A DNA stretch of 64,000 nt from an uncultured Lentimicrobium sp. (GTDB lineage Bacteria > Bacteroidota > Bacteroidia > Bacteroidales > Lentimicrobiaceae). How positions within the stretch are numbered: the stretch's first letter is position 1; the number at the start of each line of letters is the position of its first letter. The stretch is from NCBI GenBank assembly GCA_964547915.1, contig CAZJPP010000014.1:1426-65425 (forward strand). The letters are read 5' to 3'. Both the position numbers and the translations under genes were made by a program. Below are positions 9,986 through 20,544 of the stretch, piece after piece. Below the pieces are notes generated by a model. The model did no database searches. It was not told where the DNA came from and saw only the letters and a program-made list of their open reading frames with translations.

Positions 9986-12778
9986 ATGCCCGAAAAGAAG
10001 GGAAAAGTATTTCTGCTAGATGCAATGGCACTTATTTACAGGGCCTATTACGCATTAAACAAAAATCCCCGAATTACTTCAAAAGGACTAAACACCTCTG
10101 CTATCCTTGGTTTCGCCAATACGCTCTATGAGATCATAAAAAATGAAAAGCCCGACCTGATAGGGGTTGCTTTTGATACTCATGCACCCACTCAGCGACA
10201 TATTGATTATGAGATGTATAAAGGTACCCGTGAGTCGGTGCCCGAAGATATCCTAAAATCCATTCCTTATATTGTGCGCCTCATTGAGGCTTTCAATATC
10301 CCTGTGCTTGTTCTTGATGGTTATGAGGCCGATGATATAATAGGAACTCTTTCAGTTAAAGCCGAAAAAGCAGGATACCAAGTGTTTATGATGACTCCCG
10401 ATAAAGACTTTGCACAGCTGGTTACCGATAATATCTTTATCTATAAACCCGGGAAACCGGGTGAAAAAGCAACTGTTATGGGTGTACAGGATGTTTGCAC
10501 CCGTTACAGTATCAAGCATCCTTCGCAGGTAAAAGATTTACTTGGATTATGGGGAGACGCTTCCGATAACATCCCGGGTGTACCGGGTGTGGGCGAAGTT
10601 ACAGCACGCAAGCTTATTGAGCAGTTCAGCAGTGTTGAGAATCTTATTGAAAATGCAATCAATATTGCTAATGAGAAACTGCGGCTTAAGGTAGTGGAGT
10701 TTAGCCAGCAGGCTTTACTCTCTAAACAGTTAGCCACAATCCTCCTCGATGTGCCCATTGAATTCAATGAAGATGAACTGCGACTTAAAACACCTGATTT
10801 TGACATATTGCAGCCATTGCTGGAGGAAATTGAATTCAGAACTTTTGGCGAGAGGATAAAAAAAGATTATCAGAAAGCCGGTGTTGCTGTTCAACAGAAT
10901 AATGATAATTACCCTGACCTTTTCAGTGCTGAAGGTGCCGAATTAGAGACTCCTTCACACAGGTTTGATGATATTATCACTACCGTTCATTCTTATTTTC
11001 TGGTCGACACTCCCGAAAAAAGAAAAGAATTGGTTTCTCAGTTATTGCAGTCAAAAGTCATCAGTATAGATACCGAGACTACAGGAAGCGACCCTAACTC
11101 GGTGGAACTTGTGGGATTAACATTCTCAACTATTCCCGGTAACGGATGGTATGTACCGGTACCTGATAACTATAATGATGCCCTGAATATTGTTAAGGAG
11201 TTTTCGCTTGTTTATTCCGATACGGGTATTGAGAAAATTGGTCATAACCTGAAATATGACATGGCAGTTTTGAGCTGGTATGATACCAAAATAAAGGGAC
11301 CTTTATTCGACACAATGATTGCCCACTATCTCATTGAGCCTGAATTACGTCACAATATTGAATATATAGCAGCTACATGCCTTAATTATAAGCTTATTGA
11401 AATTGAGGAACTTATTGGCAAGAAAAGCAAGAATCAGATTTCGCTTAAAGATCTGCCCCCTGTAGCAGTTAAGGACTATTCTTGTGAAGACGCAGATATT
11501 ACGCTAAAGCTCAGAAACCATCTTGAGCCCCTGTTACATAAATCAGGCCTTACTGATTTGTTCTATAAGCTCGAAATGCCTCTTGTACCTGTTCTTGCTG
11601 ATATGGAAGCCGAGGGCGTGAAGGTGGATGTTGGTGTGCTTAATGCATACTCCGGCCAGTTATCGCAAGAAATTGAAACTGTTGAGAAAGAAATATACAA
11701 ACTGGCAGGTTGCGAATTCAATATTGGTTCACCAAAACAGCTGGGGGAGATTTTATTTGATAAACTGAAAATTTCAGAACATACAAAGAAGACCAAGACC
11801 AAACAGCATTCAACGGGTGAAGAGATTCTGATTAAGCTTGTTAATAAGCACCCCATCATCAATTTGATTCTTGACTATCGTTCACTTGCCAAACTCAAAT
11901 CAACTTATATTGATGCATTACCCTGCCTGGTGAATCCACGAACAGGCAGAATTCATACAACATATAACCAGGCAGTTGCAGCAACAGGAAGATTAAGTTC
12001 CAATAATCCCAATTTGCAGAATATACCAATTCGCACCGAAAGAGGACGTGAAATACGAAAAGCATTTGTCCCGCGAAATGAGAACTTCGTGCTTCTTTCG
12101 GCCGACTATTCACAAATTGAGTTAAGGATAATTGCTGATTTGAGTGGGGACCCGGTGATGCTTGATGCGTTTAATTATGGTTTGGACATTCACACGGCAA
12201 CAGCAGCCAGAATTTATAATGTTGAAATAGCCCAGGTTACCCGCGATATGAGGCGTAATGCCAAGACAGTGAATTTTGGTATAATATATGGCATTTCTGC
12301 ATTTGGATTGTCGGAACGCTTGAATATACCACGAAAGGAGGCGACTGATATAATAGGGCAGTATTTCAACAGATTCAGCGGCATTAAAGAGTACATTGAT
12401 AAGACTATTGAAAAGGCGCGCAAAAACGGATATGTTGAAACCCTGATGAAAAGGAGAAGATATTTGCGGGATATCAATTCGGGCAACGCCGTGATCAGGA
12501 ATTTTGCTGAAAGAAATGCTATAAATGCACCTGTGCAGGGATCATCGGCCGATATGATTAAGGTTGCCATGATTTGTATCTATAATGCGCTTGAAGATCA
12601 GGGATTACATACTAAAATGATAATGCAGGTTCACGATGAACTTATTTTTGAGGTACCCGTTGAGGAAGTGGAACTTGTAAAGCCCCTTATTGAAAACTGT
12701 ATGAAGAATGCGCTTCCGTTGAAAGTTCCTGTGGAAGTAGAATTAAGTACCGGATCTAACTGGCTAGAAGCACATTAA
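9986..12778 (+). CDS. polA: DNA polymerase I
   Basis: 5'-3' exonuclease (LLDAMALIYRAYY, YEADDIIGT, GDASDNIPG), 3'-5' exonuclease (IDTETT), polymerase motifs A (SADYSQIELR), B (RRNAKTVNFGIIYG) and C (QVHDEL). Confidence 0.99.
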   Translation: MPEKKGKVFLLDAMALIYRAYYALNKNPRITSKGLNTSAILGFANTLYEIIKNEKPDLIGVAFDTHAPTQRHIDYEMYKGTRESVPEDILKSIPYIVRLIEAFNIPVLVLDGYEADDIIGTLSVKAEKAGYQVFMMTPDKDFAQLVTDNIFIYKPGKPGEKATVMGVQDVCTRYSIKHPSQVKDLLGLWGDASDNIPGVPGVGEVTARKLIEQFSSVENLIENAINIANEKLRLKVVEFSQQALLSKQLATILLDVPIEFNEDELRLKTPDFDILQPLLEEIEFRTFGERIKKDYQKAGVAVQQNNDNYPDLFSAEGAELETPSHRFDDIITTVHSYFLVDTPEKRKELVSQLLQSKVISIDTETTGSDPNSVELVGLTFSTIPGNGWYVPVPDNYNDALNIVKEFSLVYSDTGIEKIGHNLKYDMAVLSWYDTKIKGPLFDTMIAHYLIEPELRHNIEYIAATCLNYKLIEIEELIGKKSKNQISLKDLPPVAVKDYSCEDADITLKLRNHLEPLLHKSGLTDLFYKLEMPLVPVLADMEAEGVKVDVGVLNAYSGQLSQEIETVEKEIYKLAGCEFNIGSPKQLGEILFDKLKISEHTKKTKTKQHSTGEEILIKLVNKHPIINLILDYRSLAKLKSTYIDALPCLVNPRTGRIHTTYNQAVAATGRLSSNNPNLQNIPIRTERGREIRKAFVPRNENFVLLSADYSQIELRIIADLSGDPVMLDAFNYGLDIHTATAARIYNVEIAQVTRDMRRNAKTVNFGIIYGISAFGLSERLNIPRKEATDIIGQYFNRFSGIKEYIDKTIEKARKNGYVETLMKRRRYLRDINSGNAVIRNFAERNAINAPVQGSSADMIKVAMICIYNALEDQGLHTKMIMQVHDELIFEVPVEEVELVKPLIENCMKNALPLKVPVEVELSTGSNWLEAH

Positions 12779-12819
12779 TTTATTTGCTCACGCCTTGAAA
12801 TACAGAAAACTAAATAACT

Positions 12820-12827
12820 TAACTTTG
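12820..12827 (+). promoter_or_regulatory. -7 element (TAACTTTG) for the ROK gene
   Basis: TAnnTTTG match 30 nt before the ATG at 12858; TTG about 22 nt further upstream. Confidence 0.55.
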
Positions 12828-12857
12828 GGACTCTAATTTTATAAAAAACAGAAAAAG

Positions 12858-13964
12858 ATGCGTTTTCAGAATGACAACCGTATAGTAATGGTGCTGGATG
12901 CAGGCGGTACCAATTTCGTGTTTTCCGCTGTTCAGTCCAACGTTGAAATTATAGATCCTATTGTAATACCCGCCGATGGTCAGACACTCGAAGTTGTTCT
13001 GAGTAAAATTATTCAGGGTTTTGAAGAAGTAAAAGCCAAACTTAAGAAAGATCCCGTAGCAATTAGTTTCTGTTTTCCCGGGCCGGCAGAATATGAACTG
13101 GGTATAATTGGTGATCTCGAAAACCTGCCTACTTTCAGAGGAGGTGTGGCTATTGGACCTATGCTTGAAGAGAAATTCAACATCCCTGTCTTTATTAATA
13201 ATGATGGCGACCTCTTTACTTATGGGGAAGCAATTGCAGGTTTATTGCCCGAAATAAACGAAAGAATTAAAAGCAGTAATAGTCCTAAAACTTTCCAGAA
13301 TCTTCTTGGTGTTACATTTGGTACAGGTTATGGAGCAGGAATTGTAACAAGAGGCGAACTCTTTGTAGGTGATAATTCAGCTCAAGCCGAGATAAACCGT
13401 ATGCGCAACAAAATGCACACTAATTCGAGCGTGGAAGAGAGTGTGAGTATTCGTGGAATAAAGAGAGTTTATTGCCGTGAAGCTAACATGCCTGCCGGAC
13501 AATGTCCTGAACCACGCGAAATATTCGAAATCGGTATGGGAAGAAAAGAAGGCAACAAGGAAGCCGCCATAAAAGCTTTCCACAAAATGGCAGAGGTTGC
13601 CGGTGATTCCATTGCAAATGCTTCTACTCTTGTTGACGGACTAGTCGTAATTGGTGGTGGACTGGCAGGTGCTCATCCCCTTTTCCTGCAACGACTGGTT
13701 GATGAAATGAATGCCAACTTTACAACTATGATTGGCACGGCTCTCGACCGCCTGGAGATAAAGGTGTTTAATCTGGAAGACGAGAAAGATTTTGCCAAAT
13801 TTTACGAAGGAAATACTACCGAAATTAAGGTACCATTCAGTTCAAGACGTATAAAGTATGATTCACTGAAAAGAATTGGTGTGGGAATTAGCCGCCTTGG
13901 CACTTCTCAAGCAGTGGCAATCGGTGCTTATGCATTTGCATTGAACTCATTAGACAAAAAGTAG
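12858..13964 (+). CDS. ROK-family sugar kinase
   Basis: LDAGGTN, FINNDGD, GVTFGTGYGAG, VVIGGGLA; no N-terminal HTH and no CxCGxxGC zinc motif. Confidence 0.9.
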   Translation: MRFQNDNRIVMVLDAGGTNFVFSAVQSNVEIIDPIVIPADGQTLEVVLSKIIQGFEEVKAKLKKDPVAISFCFPGPAEYELGIIGDLENLPTFRGGVAIGPMLEEKFNIPVFINNDGDLFTYGEAIAGLLPEINERIKSSNSPKTFQNLLGVTFGTGYGAGIVTRGELFVGDNSAQAEINRMRNKMHTNSSVEESVSIRGIKRVYCREANMPAGQCPEPREIFEIGMGRKEGNKEAAIKAFHKMAEVAGDSIANASTLVDGLVVIGGGLAGAHPLFLQRLVDEMNANFTTMIGTALDRLEIKVFNLEDEKDFAKFYEGNTTEIKVPFSSRRIKYDSLKRIGVGISRLGTSQAVAIGAYAFALNSLDKK

Positions 13965-14105
13965 TTCAGCCTACAGAGACTTTTCAATAGCAGGATGGCT
14001 GAGAATCCTGCCATATTCTATTAGTACCATAAATCCGAGGCTCCAAATCAGACTAGTAAGATAGTTTTTTTTGTCAAATTCATGAGATTAATACACTTAA
14101 TAATA

Positions 14106-14113
14106 TACATTTG
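14106..14113 (+). promoter_or_regulatory. -7 element (TACATTTG) upstream of the first C25 gene
   Basis: TAnnTTTG match 59 nt before the ATG at 14173. Confidence 0.5.
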
Positions 14114-14172
14114 CAATTCGGGTTGATTTTTTTTAAATACACACAATAAAACACACACAAAATCAGAGTTTA

Positions 14173-16494
14173 ATGAAAAAATTTTTTACTTTGTTTTTTG
14201 TATTGCTCCTTGCTGCTTACACACAGGCTGAAACAATTACAAAAACCTACAATGTAACCAATCTCACGGTTACAACAAAAGATGGTTTTCAGACAATTAA
14301 TTTTGATGATATGGTATTGAGTGGACCGGTTGGTGAGCCTGCTTTACCATATTATGCAGTTAAGCTTATGCTGCCTCCTGGACATGAGGCGGTTAGTATT
14401 TCATTTCATGGCGAAGATCTTACATCTGTGCAGGGATACCATAAACTGTATCCAATGCAGCCATCACGACCTTTATCACAGGGGGGAAGCAATTCTCCTT
14501 TTAGCATTAACTCAGCAGTTTATTCTTCTGCCAATGCTTATCCTCAATCGCAAACAGGAAGACTTTCAACTCATTTTATGAATGGATATGCCTATGCCTT
14601 GGCAACATTCACTCCTCTGCAGTATGTGCCTGAATCAGGCGAGATCAAGTGGTTTCAGACTGTTACTATAGTTATTGAGACTCGTGAATCAGAAAGAGCA
14701 ATGCAAGCACTTGCCAACCTTCCAATGAATGATGAGACAGCTGCAAGGTGCAGAGCTTATGCACAAAATACTGAAATGGCCGATAATTATAGTAATTCTC
14801 AACGATCAGCCAATAGCTACGATGTCCTTATAATAACCCCTCAGACCTTTGAAACCAATATGGAGGGTTTGAAGAATTTATACATGAATCAGGGAATGAA
14901 GGTAAATGTCAGTACAACAGAATTCATTGCCTCGAATTCAACCGGTATTGATATGCCCGAAAAGATTAGAAATCATATCATTAGCGAATATCAGAATAAT
15001 GACATATCACAAGTTATTCTTGGTGGAGATGTTGAACTGGTTGCTTACCGCGGGTTCTACTGTCATGTTCAATCTTCTTCGGTTTATGAGGACGATGGTA
15101 TTCCTGCCGATCTTTATTATTCAGCTCTCGATGGCAACTGGAACACCAATGGCAACAGTAAATGGGGTGAAATTGGCGAAGATGACCTTTTACCTGATAT
15201 TTCTGTAGGCCGTATTTCTTTCAGTAATATTGCTGAACTGTCTGCTATAATAAACAAGACATTAAAATACCAGACCCAACCGGTTGAAGGTGAACTGAAT
15301 GATCACCTTCTGGCAGGTGAAAATCTTTATTATGGTCCGGATACATGGGGATCAGATTATCTGGAGTTGTTGATTGGATACAGGACTGATAATGGATATA
15401 CGACTAACGGAATACCTGAATCCTATCCCATTTTAAAGATGTACGATGAATTCGGCGACTGGTCGCCACAGGATCTTATTAATACTATTAATACGGGTCG
15501 CTCATTCATTAGTCATGTGGGACATGCAAATGAAAACTACACGATGAAGCTCTATAACTCCGATATAACCAACAGCAATTTCTTTGGTGTTAACGGAGTT
15601 GATCATAATTTCCCATTAGTATACACTCATGGCTGTATCTGCGGATCTTTTGATGCAAACGACTGTATTGGGGAAAGAATGATTTGCATTGATAATTTTG
15701 CTTCAGTGTTTGTAGGTAATTCGAGATACGGGTGGTTTAATGAGGGACAAACTGAAGGTCCTTCTGCTCACTTACACAGAGAGTTTATGGATGCACTGTT
15801 TACCGATAGCCTTCAGCGCGTAGGGAGTGCTCACATGGAATCAAAAATCGCCACAGCTCCCTGGGTAAATGCTCCCGGTCAATGGGAAGAAGGCGCCTTG
15901 AGATGGTGTTTCTATGACTGTAATGTATTGGGTGATCCTGCAATGGCAATCTGGGCAAATGAACCCAGAGATATCAGCACTACTTACCCGGCATCTATTG
16001 CTCTTGAAGCCGGTTCATTCTACGTTGTGGTAACTGAAGATGGTTTACCCGCTAAAAATCTTACAGTAGCAGCAATTAAAGATAACGTCCTCGTTGGCAG
16101 AGGTATTACTGATAATGAGGGAATAGCCGAGGTTGTTTTTGATGTAGCAATTGGCGAAACAGGTCCACTACAGATTATTGTATCAGGATATAACTGCAAA
16201 CCAACATCATACACCACACAGATTGCTTCTAATGTTGGTGTAGCAGATCAGGAAACTGCGCGGATACAGGTTGTTCCAAATCCCGCAAGCGAACAAATAC
16301 AGGTTACTCTGGATGAGAATCTGACTACCGGTACATTTATCCTGACAGATTTGTCGGGCAGAATTGTAAAAGAGTTTAAATTTCAACCACAAAGAAGTGT
16401 TACGATTCCATTAACGGGTATTGAGAAGGGAGTTTATCTTTTACAGATACCTGGTAGTAAATCAAAAGCACTCACAAAAATAATTGTCCAATAA
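14173..16494 (+). CDS. C25 (gingipain-family) cysteine peptidase with propeptide, Ig-like domain and T9SS CTD
   Basis: Signal peptide; propeptide (GEPALP, FTPLQYVP); VILGGD, SVGRIS; catalytic His (HVGHA, 15523) and Cys (THGCIC, 15634); VLGDPAM; CTD VVPNPA...GVYLLQI...KIIVQ. Confidence 0.92.
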   Translation: MKKFFTLFFVLLLAAYTQAETITKTYNVTNLTVTTKDGFQTINFDDMVLSGPVGEPALPYYAVKLMLPPGHEAVSISFHGEDLTSVQGYHKLYPMQPSRPLSQGGSNSPFSINSAVYSSANAYPQSQTGRLSTHFMNGYAYALATFTPLQYVPESGEIKWFQTVTIVIETRESERAMQALANLPMNDETAARCRAYAQNTEMADNYSNSQRSANSYDVLIITPQTFETNMEGLKNLYMNQGMKVNVSTTEFIASNSTGIDMPEKIRNHIISEYQNNDISQVILGGDVELVAYRGFYCHVQSSSVYEDDGIPADLYYSALDGNWNTNGNSKWGEIGEDDLLPDISVGRISFSNIAELSAIINKTLKYQTQPVEGELNDHLLAGENLYYGPDTWGSDYLELLIGYRTDNGYTTNGIPESYPILKMYDEFGDWSPQDLINTINTGRSFISHVGHANENYTMKLYNSDITNSNFFGVNGVDHNFPLVYTHGCICGSFDANDCIGERMICIDNFASVFVGNSRYGWFNEGQTEGPSAHLHREFMDALFTDSLQRVGSAHMESKIATAPWVNAPGQWEEGALRWCFYDCNVLGDPAMAIWANEPRDISTTYPASIALEAGSFYVVVTEDGLPAKNLTVAAIKDNVLVGRGITDNEGIAEVVFDVAIGETGPLQIIVSGYNCKPTSYTTQIASNVGVADQETARIQVVPNPASEQIQVTLDENLTTGTFILTDLSGRIVKEFKFQPQRSVTIPLTGIEKGVYLLQIPGSKSKALTKIIVQ

Positions 16495-16526
16495 ATAAAT
16501 CAAGTTTCACTTAAAAATTACAAATC

Positions 16527-19500
16527 GTGATCAGAAAACTACTCATCTCGCTCGCAATATCATTATTGATAGTGCCAATGGCTGATGCTCAAAAGCCCAA
16601 AAAGCAGATGTATACACCAAACACTCCGGTTGCACCTAAGTATGTTCCCGACCAACGAATCGACAATATGTCGTATTGGAGAAGGATGGCTTCACTGGGT
16701 CTGGTACCGGTACAACAAACTATGCCGCTACCTGCTGCAGAGTATGGTACATCCAAGCTTACAGGTAAGGGCATTGCAACTGATGACTCCCCGGACGTTC
16801 CGGTTACTACACAAAATTCAACTCAGAGTGAAAACTCAATTTTTGTACATCCAACAAATCCTCAGGCACTTCTCCAATCAAACAACAGTACACAAAATCC
16901 TGTTGGTGGTCTGTATGGTGCTAACTCTTTCCTATCTTCCGATGCAGGCACAACCTGGGGAGGTAGTGTTCAGGGCGCAGGCGGTAATAATAGCGGTGAC
17001 CCGACTACCTGTATAGGATTAAACGGAAGGTATTATGTTGGCTATATTCACATTAATGGTGGACAAGGAATATCATACAGCGATGATCAGGGACTTACCT
17101 GGACTGCAGTACTTGTTGCTGACGCTCCCGGTGGATGGGGTTCTATGCTCGACAAAAACCATATGTGGATTGATAACAGTCCGGTTAGCCCGTATGAAGG
17201 CAATCTCTATGATGCATGGACCAATTTCGGAGGCAGCAATAATAATGAAATCGAAATCAGCCGTTCAACTGATGACGGGGCTACATGGTCAACACCGATA
17301 AATATAAGTAGCGCTATTAACGCAGGTAGCCATAATCAGGGTGTAAACATTCAAACCGGTCCAAATGGTGAAGTTTATGCTATATGGGCTGTTTATGATT
17401 CATGGCCACAGGATGAGAAATCAATAGGAATGGCAAAATCTCTTGATGGAGGTGTTACATGGGAGCCTGCAACAAGAATCATAACCAATATCCGGGGTAT
17501 TCGTAGTTCTGAAACCGGTAAGAATATGAGGGTTAATGCATTCCCTACTATGGCAGTTGACATCAGCACCAGCGTACACAGTGGTACTATTTACGTAACA
17601 TGGCCAAATATCGGTGTTCCGGGAGAAAATACCGGCAACGATATGGACATCTATATGATTAAATCAACTGACGGTGGCGCTACATGGTCTACTCCAATAA
17701 GAGTAAATCAGGATCCTGCCGGTCAGGGCAAAGAGCATTATTTCCCATGGACTACATGCGATCCTGTTAACGGAAACCTGAGTGTTGTATATTATGATGA
17801 CCGCAATGTTTCTTCAACACAATGCGAGGTTTATACTTCTAATTCTACTGATGGAGGTGAAACCTGGGAAGACCTAAAGGTGAGTGATGTTTCTTTCACT
17901 CCTTCACCAATACCCGGTTTAGCTGATAGATATATGGGTGACTACCTTGGTAACCATGCTCGTGATCGCTGGGTTTATCCGGTATGGACCGACAACAGGT
18001 CGGGTATTTCAATGACCTATGTTTCTCCATTCCAAACAGGTCCTCCACCTAACCAACCATGGATTGTTTATGCCGGAAGCAGTCTTAATGACGCTGAAGG
18101 TAATGGCAATGGTTTACTCGACTTTGGCGAATCTACATTTATTAATGTTTCTTTGGAAAATGAAGGTGATACTCCTGCAACAGACGTTGTTGCAACACTT
18201 GCTACGGAGAATCCTTTCATCACAATAGTAAATGGTGAAGCACAGTTTGGAAACCTGGCAGTTGGTGAAATCGTTGAAGAATCCGATGCATACTCAATTG
18301 GAGTTGCAGAAAATATTCCCGACGGTGAAAAGATTACTTTCACTCTTACAATCACTGATGCTAATGACAGTACTTTCGTAAGCAATTTTATACTCGAAGC
18401 ACATGCTCCTGCATTCTCTTCGGGCTCTCCTGTTTTGACAGAAATCACCGGAAATGGTAACAACCGTCTCGATGCAGGCGAAACAGCTGAATTGGCAATC
18501 CCAACAATCAATATCGGAGATTATGATGCTACAGATATCACCGGTACATTAACTTCTACAAGTCCGTTTATTACTATTACCAATCCAACCCACACATGGG
18601 AAACATTGCTTCCGGGTACTCTGAACCAGGTTGTTCCCGTATTTGAAATTTCAGTTTCTCCTGAAACTCCTGTTGGACATCTTGCTATTTTCAATTACAC
18701 TATCAGCAATGCCAACACCCAATTTACAAAAGAATTTAAGTACCCTGTAGGACTAATTCTTGAAGATTGGGAAACAGGTGATTTCACAAACTTTGATTGG
18801 GAATTTGCCGGTGGAGCCAACTGGAGCCTGACTACTGAGAATGTTTACGAAGGTGAATATTCAGCTAAATCAGGTGATATTTCCGATAACGGTTCTTCAG
18901 AAATAAAACTTCAGTACGATGTAATGACAACTGATTCTATTTCATTCTATTACAGGGTTTCTTCCGAGGCTGATTATGACTGGTTGAAATTCTATATCAA
19001 CAATGAAATGGTTGCACAATGGTCGGGTGCACAAGAATGGACAAGGGTAGCATTCCCGATTTCTGAAGGACTCCAGACTTTCCGCTGGGTTTATACCAAG
19101 GATATGAGTCAGTCAAATGGAGATGATGCAGCATATATTGATTATATCGTTTTACCTGCTGAAAGAACAACTGTTGCTTTTGCAGGACAAGATGGTGAAA
19201 CTTGTGGAAGCACTTCTTATATGCTGAACGGTTTGGCATCGAATTATGTTACCTCAGAATGGACAACTTCAGGAGATGGTACATTTGATGATGTTGCCAG
19301 CCTAAATGCATTCTACACTCCCGGTGCCGGTGACATTACAGCAGGAAACGCTGTATTGACACTTACTGTTGAAGGTCCGGAAGGTGAAGTTAAATCCGAT
19401 AACATGACACTTACTATTTCTGCACCGGTCGAAGTAATGGCACTTGAAAATATGGAGACATGTGTTGGCAGCATAATCAGTCTGGAAGCTATAGCTTCTA

Positions 19501-20456
19501 ACTATTCTGAATTAAGCTGGACTACAACAGGAACAGGAACATTCATGGATCCCACTTCTTTATTTATAGTGTATATGCCTTCGGAAGAAGATTACAACTC
19601 AGGAAGTGTTACATTATCTCTCGAGGCTATATCAGGCGGTGCTTGTGAAAACATCATTGTAAGTTCAACAATAACCTTTATACCCAAACCAACTCTCGCA
19701 CTTTCATTGACTGAAGCTGAAATTTGTTCGGGTGAACAGGTTACTTCACAAGTTACTTTCACAGGTGTAGGTCCATTTACGTTTGAAGTTGACAACGGTA
19801 TTGGAACAATTATGACAAGTGATAATCCATACACAATACAACTTTCACCGTCAACTACAACAGCTTACCACTTCTCCTTCTTAGCTGATGCTAATTGCTT
19901 TAACGTACTGAGCGACAGTATTAAGGTTATTGTCAACGAGGCTCCTGTTATTACTCTGGCTTCAGATTCTACTCTGTGTGCAGGTGATAATATTACTCTT
20001 GATGCAACTGTAGCCGGTGATGTTAATTATTTGTGGGCTCCGGGTGGTCAGGTATCTCCTTCAATCACAATTGACACCACAGGTATTGGAATTGGTACTC
20101 ATAATTATTCAGTAACAGTTACCGATAATACTACAAATTGTTCAGCTACAGCTTCAACCGATGTAATCTTTGAAGATTGTACAGGTTTTGGTGAAATCAA
20201 TAGCAGTCTGTTATCTATCTATCCAAATCCATCCAAGGGTTCATTTAACCTGAGGTTGAATTCAAAGGCCAATGACAGTTACACACTTGAGATCTATGAT
20301 TTAAATAATAAGATGGTTTACAGCCTTCAAAATGTTGCTATAAAAGCTTCATCAACATATGCAGTTAACACACCGCAGCTGGCTGACGGAGTTTATTCCG
20401 TTTATTTAAAGAAAGGCAACGACGTTTTCGTCACTAAGCTGATAATCAGAAAATAA
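16527..20456 (+). CDS. Large T9SS-secreted protein: Asp-box (BNR) beta-propeller, tandem Ig-like domains, adhesin/MAM-like domain and CTD
   Basis: Six Asp-boxes (SSDAGTTW, SDDQGLTW, STDDGATW, SLDGGVTW, STDGGATW, STDGGETW); two GNGN.LD.GE repeats; EDWETGD...AYIDYI module; CTD IYPNPS...GVYSVYL...KLIIRK; GTG start. Confidence 0.85.
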   Translation: MIRKLLISLAISLLIVPMADAQKPKKQMYTPNTPVAPKYVPDQRIDNMSYWRRMASLGLVPVQQTMPLPAAEYGTSKLTGKGIATDDSPDVPVTTQNSTQSENSIFVHPTNPQALLQSNNSTQNPVGGLYGANSFLSSDAGTTWGGSVQGAGGNNSGDPTTCIGLNGRYYVGYIHINGGQGISYSDDQGLTWTAVLVADAPGGWGSMLDKNHMWIDNSPVSPYEGNLYDAWTNFGGSNNNEIEISRSTDDGATWSTPINISSAINAGSHNQGVNIQTGPNGEVYAIWAVYDSWPQDEKSIGMAKSLDGGVTWEPATRIITNIRGIRSSETGKNMRVNAFPTMAVDISTSVHSGTIYVTWPNIGVPGENTGNDMDIYMIKSTDGGATWSTPIRVNQDPAGQGKEHYFPWTTCDPVNGNLSVVYYDDRNVSSTQCEVYTSNSTDGGETWEDLKVSDVSFTPSPIPGLADRYMGDYLGNHARDRWVYPVWTDNRSGISMTYVSPFQTGPPPNQPWIVYAGSSLNDAEGNGNGLLDFGESTFINVSLENEGDTPATDVVATLATENPFITIVNGEAQFGNLAVGEIVEESDAYSIGVAENIPDGEKITFTLTITDANDSTFVSNFILEAHAPAFSSGSPVLTEITGNGNNRLDAGETAELAIPTINIGDYDATDITGTLTSTSPFITITNPTHTWETLLPGTLNQVVPVFEISVSPETPVGHLAIFNYTISNANTQFTKEFKYPVGLILEDWETGDFTNFDWEFAGGANWSLTTENVYEGEYSAKSGDISDNGSSEIKLQYDVMTTDSISFYYRVSSEADYDWLKFYINNEMVAQWSGAQEWTRVAFPISEGLQTFRWVYTKDMSQSNGDDAAYIDYIVLPAERTTVAFAGQDGETCGSTSYMLNGLASNYVTSEWTTSGDGTFDDVASLNAFYTPGAGDITAGNAVLTLTVEGPEGEVKSDNMTLTISAPVEVMALENMETCVGSIISLEAIASNYSELSWTTTGTGTFMDPTSLFIVYMPSEEDYNSGSVTLSLEAISGGACENIIVSSTITFIPKPTLALSLTEAEICSGEQVTSQVTFTGVGPFTFEVDNGIGTIMTSDNPYTIQLSPSTTTAYHFSFLADANCFNVLSDSIKVIVNEAPVITLASDSTLCAGDNITLDATVAGDVNYLWAPGGQVSPSITIDTTGIGIGTHNYSVTVTDNTTNCSATASTDVIFEDCTGFGEINSSLLSIYPNPSKGSFNLRLNSKANDSYTLEIYDLNNKMVYSLQNVAIKASSTYAVNTPQLADGVYSVYLKKGNDVFVTKLIIRK

Positions 20457-20474
20457 TTAACTTATTTTTGACAT

Positions 20475-20508
20475 AAAAAAGGAATCCTTAACAGGGTTCC
20501 TTTTTTTT
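20475..20508 (+). terminator. Intrinsic terminator after the propeller gene
   Basis: AAAAAAGGAATCCT-taac-AGGGTTCC followed by T8. Confidence 0.8.
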
Positions 20509-20509
20509 A

Positions 20510-20517
20510 TATATTTG
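20510..20517 (+). promoter_or_regulatory. -7 element (TATATTTG) for the second C25 gene
   Basis: TAnnTTTG match overlapping the track's TTG start at 20515, which supports the ATG at 20545 as the real start. Confidence 0.5.
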
Positions 20518-20544
20518 TCATCACACAATCAATCATTTCCAATT

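Noticed and set aside
9966-9995. dif-like sequence TTTAACATAA upstream of polA
   Set aside because: It matches only the XerD arm; the XerC arm is not at the 6-bp spacing, and the site is the AT-rich polA translation leader.
13990-14011. Hairpin GCAGGAT...ATCCTGC after the ROK gene as a terminator
   Set aside because: Only a 7-bp stem with no U-tract; too weak to call.
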